From: an uncultured candidatus Brocadiaceae bacterium
Lineage (GTDB): Bacteria; Planctomycetota; Brocadiia; SM23-32
Direction of reading: 5' to 3'
Length of the DNA: 64,000 nucleotides
Assembly (NCBI GenBank): GCA_964521715.1
Contig: CAZFSS010000001.1
Coordinates: 26,802-90,801 of the forward strand
Shown one piece after another: positions 63,352 to 64,000 of this stretch. A program made the position numbers and the translations under genes. Position 1 is the first letter of the stretch, and each line of letters begins with the position of its first letter. The notes under the pieces are model-generated. The model searched no databases. It saw only the letters and a list, made by a program, of their open reading frames with translations, and was not told the DNA's origin.

Positions 63352-63765
63352 ATGAAGGCGCACACGGAGTACTTCACGTTCAATACCCGGCGGCATCGGG
63401 AGTACATCAACGTCACCGACCGCGTCGCGGACGTCGTCGCGGCCAGCGGAGTTCAGGACGGGATGGCGCTGGTCTCGGCGATGCACATCACGGCCGGCGT
63501 CTACGTCAACGACGCGGAGTCCGGACTTATCCAGGACATTGACGATTGGCTCCAGAAACTCGCGCCTGAGGGTCCGGACTACCGCCACCACCGGACGGGC
63601 GAGGTCAACGGCGACGCCCACCTGAAGAACCTGCTCATCGGGCACGAGGTGATCGTGCCGGTCACGGGCGGGAAGATGGACCTGGGGCCGTGGCAGCAGA
63701 TCTACTACGCCGAGTTCGACGGCCAGCGCCCCAAGCGCCTCATTGTGAAGGTGATGGGGGAGTAG
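63352..63765 (+). CDS. secondary thiamine-phosphate synthase enzyme YjbQ (UPF0047)
   Basis: [19 protein letters not shown]..., [26 protein letters not shown] match the YjbQ family; ATG after ggagggagggacgccc RBS. Confidence 0.85.
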   Translation: MKAHTEYFTFNTRRHREYINVTDRVADVVAASGVQDGMALVSAMHITAGVYVNDAESGLIQDIDDWLQKLAPEGPDYRHHRTGEVNGDAHLKNLLIGHEVIVPVTGGKMDLGPWQQIYYAEFDGQRPKRLIVKVMGE

Positions 63766-64000
63766 GGGCCGCCTCGCCCTCCCCGGCGGGCTTCTCCTTC
63801 AGCGTGGCAAGGTGCTCGGCCACCGAGACGACCTTGTCCGGTAGGTTCGGCACGCGCGCCACGATCCGCAGCGCGGCGTCTGACACCTGTTCTATCGCCA
63901 CTTCCTTCAGTGACGCCGAATCGCCGGCCGCGTCGGCGAACTGCTGGAGCTTCTGCCGCAGCTCCCCGGCCGACTCGGCGTCGGCGCACGCCACGAAGAG
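63740..64000 (-). CDS. hypothetical protein, 5' partial (continues beyond window end)
   Basis: Protein-like C-terminal 84 codons (…[40 protein letters not shown]…); overlaps the yjbQ 3' end by about 26 bp; weak support. Confidence 0.3.
   Translation of the reverse strand, partial: LFVACADAESAGELRQKLQQFADAAGDSASLKEVAIEQVSDAALRIVARVPNLPDKVVSVAEHLATLKEKPAGEGEAAPTPPSPSQ

Noticed and set aside
1-64000. tRNA, rRNA, tmRNA or RNase P genes
   Set aside because: No cloverleaf-compatible segments with a GTTCGAATC-like T-arm and no rRNA-like conserved blocks were seen. The only structured non-coding candidate is the 230-bp repeat, which matches no RNA family I can recognise by eye.

Overview
The window is high-GC DNA (roughly 65-70%) with densely packed genes, GGAGG-type ribosome-binding sites and canonical sigma-70 promoters. 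Gene content suggests a Planctomycetota-like (PVC) genome: sulfatase, BatA/VWA membrane proteins, DUF4038 hydrolases, a PVC-type small basic protein, a sigma-54 activator. This attribution is inference from gene content only.

Most of the window is housekeeping. Recognisable genes are mutS, rplM-rpsI, yebC, ilvC, larC, rtcA, nagB, ACP, ackA-pta, mtnP, a MacB-type ABC pair, spoIID-like, queH, ruvBA, kdsA-nadD, rsgA, holB, lipA-lipB-lpdA, a sulfatase and yjbQ. Many long ORFs in the six-frame track are antisense or off-frame artefacts of the GC content and are not called.

The most unusual region is an AT-richer islet of about 3 kb at roughly 21.6-24.66 kb, between a Gfo/Idh/MocA oxidoreductase and the 3' end of mutS. 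It is flanked by two copies of a ~230-bp imperfect direct repeat that has internal inverted-repeat, RNA-like structure. Inside it lie the N- and C-terminal remnants of a Type IIL / BREX-PglX-like DNA methyltransferase; the N-terminal remnant carries an in-frame TAG. Nested between the remnants is a BglII-like type II R-M cassette in which the endonuclease is frameshifted and the beta-class methyltransferase looks intact.

Other points of interest:
- A CYTH - STAS - CheY - sigma-54 activator operon.
- A zinc-ribbon-STAS / unknown 309-aa / PqqD-like / MacB ABC cluster.
- Convergent, overlapping DUF4038 paralogs.
- A TPR protein fused to an RNA polymerase alpha-CTD-like domain.
- A BatA/VWA/DUF3524 glycosyltransferase operon.

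No rRNA, tRNA or CRISPR arrays were seen.
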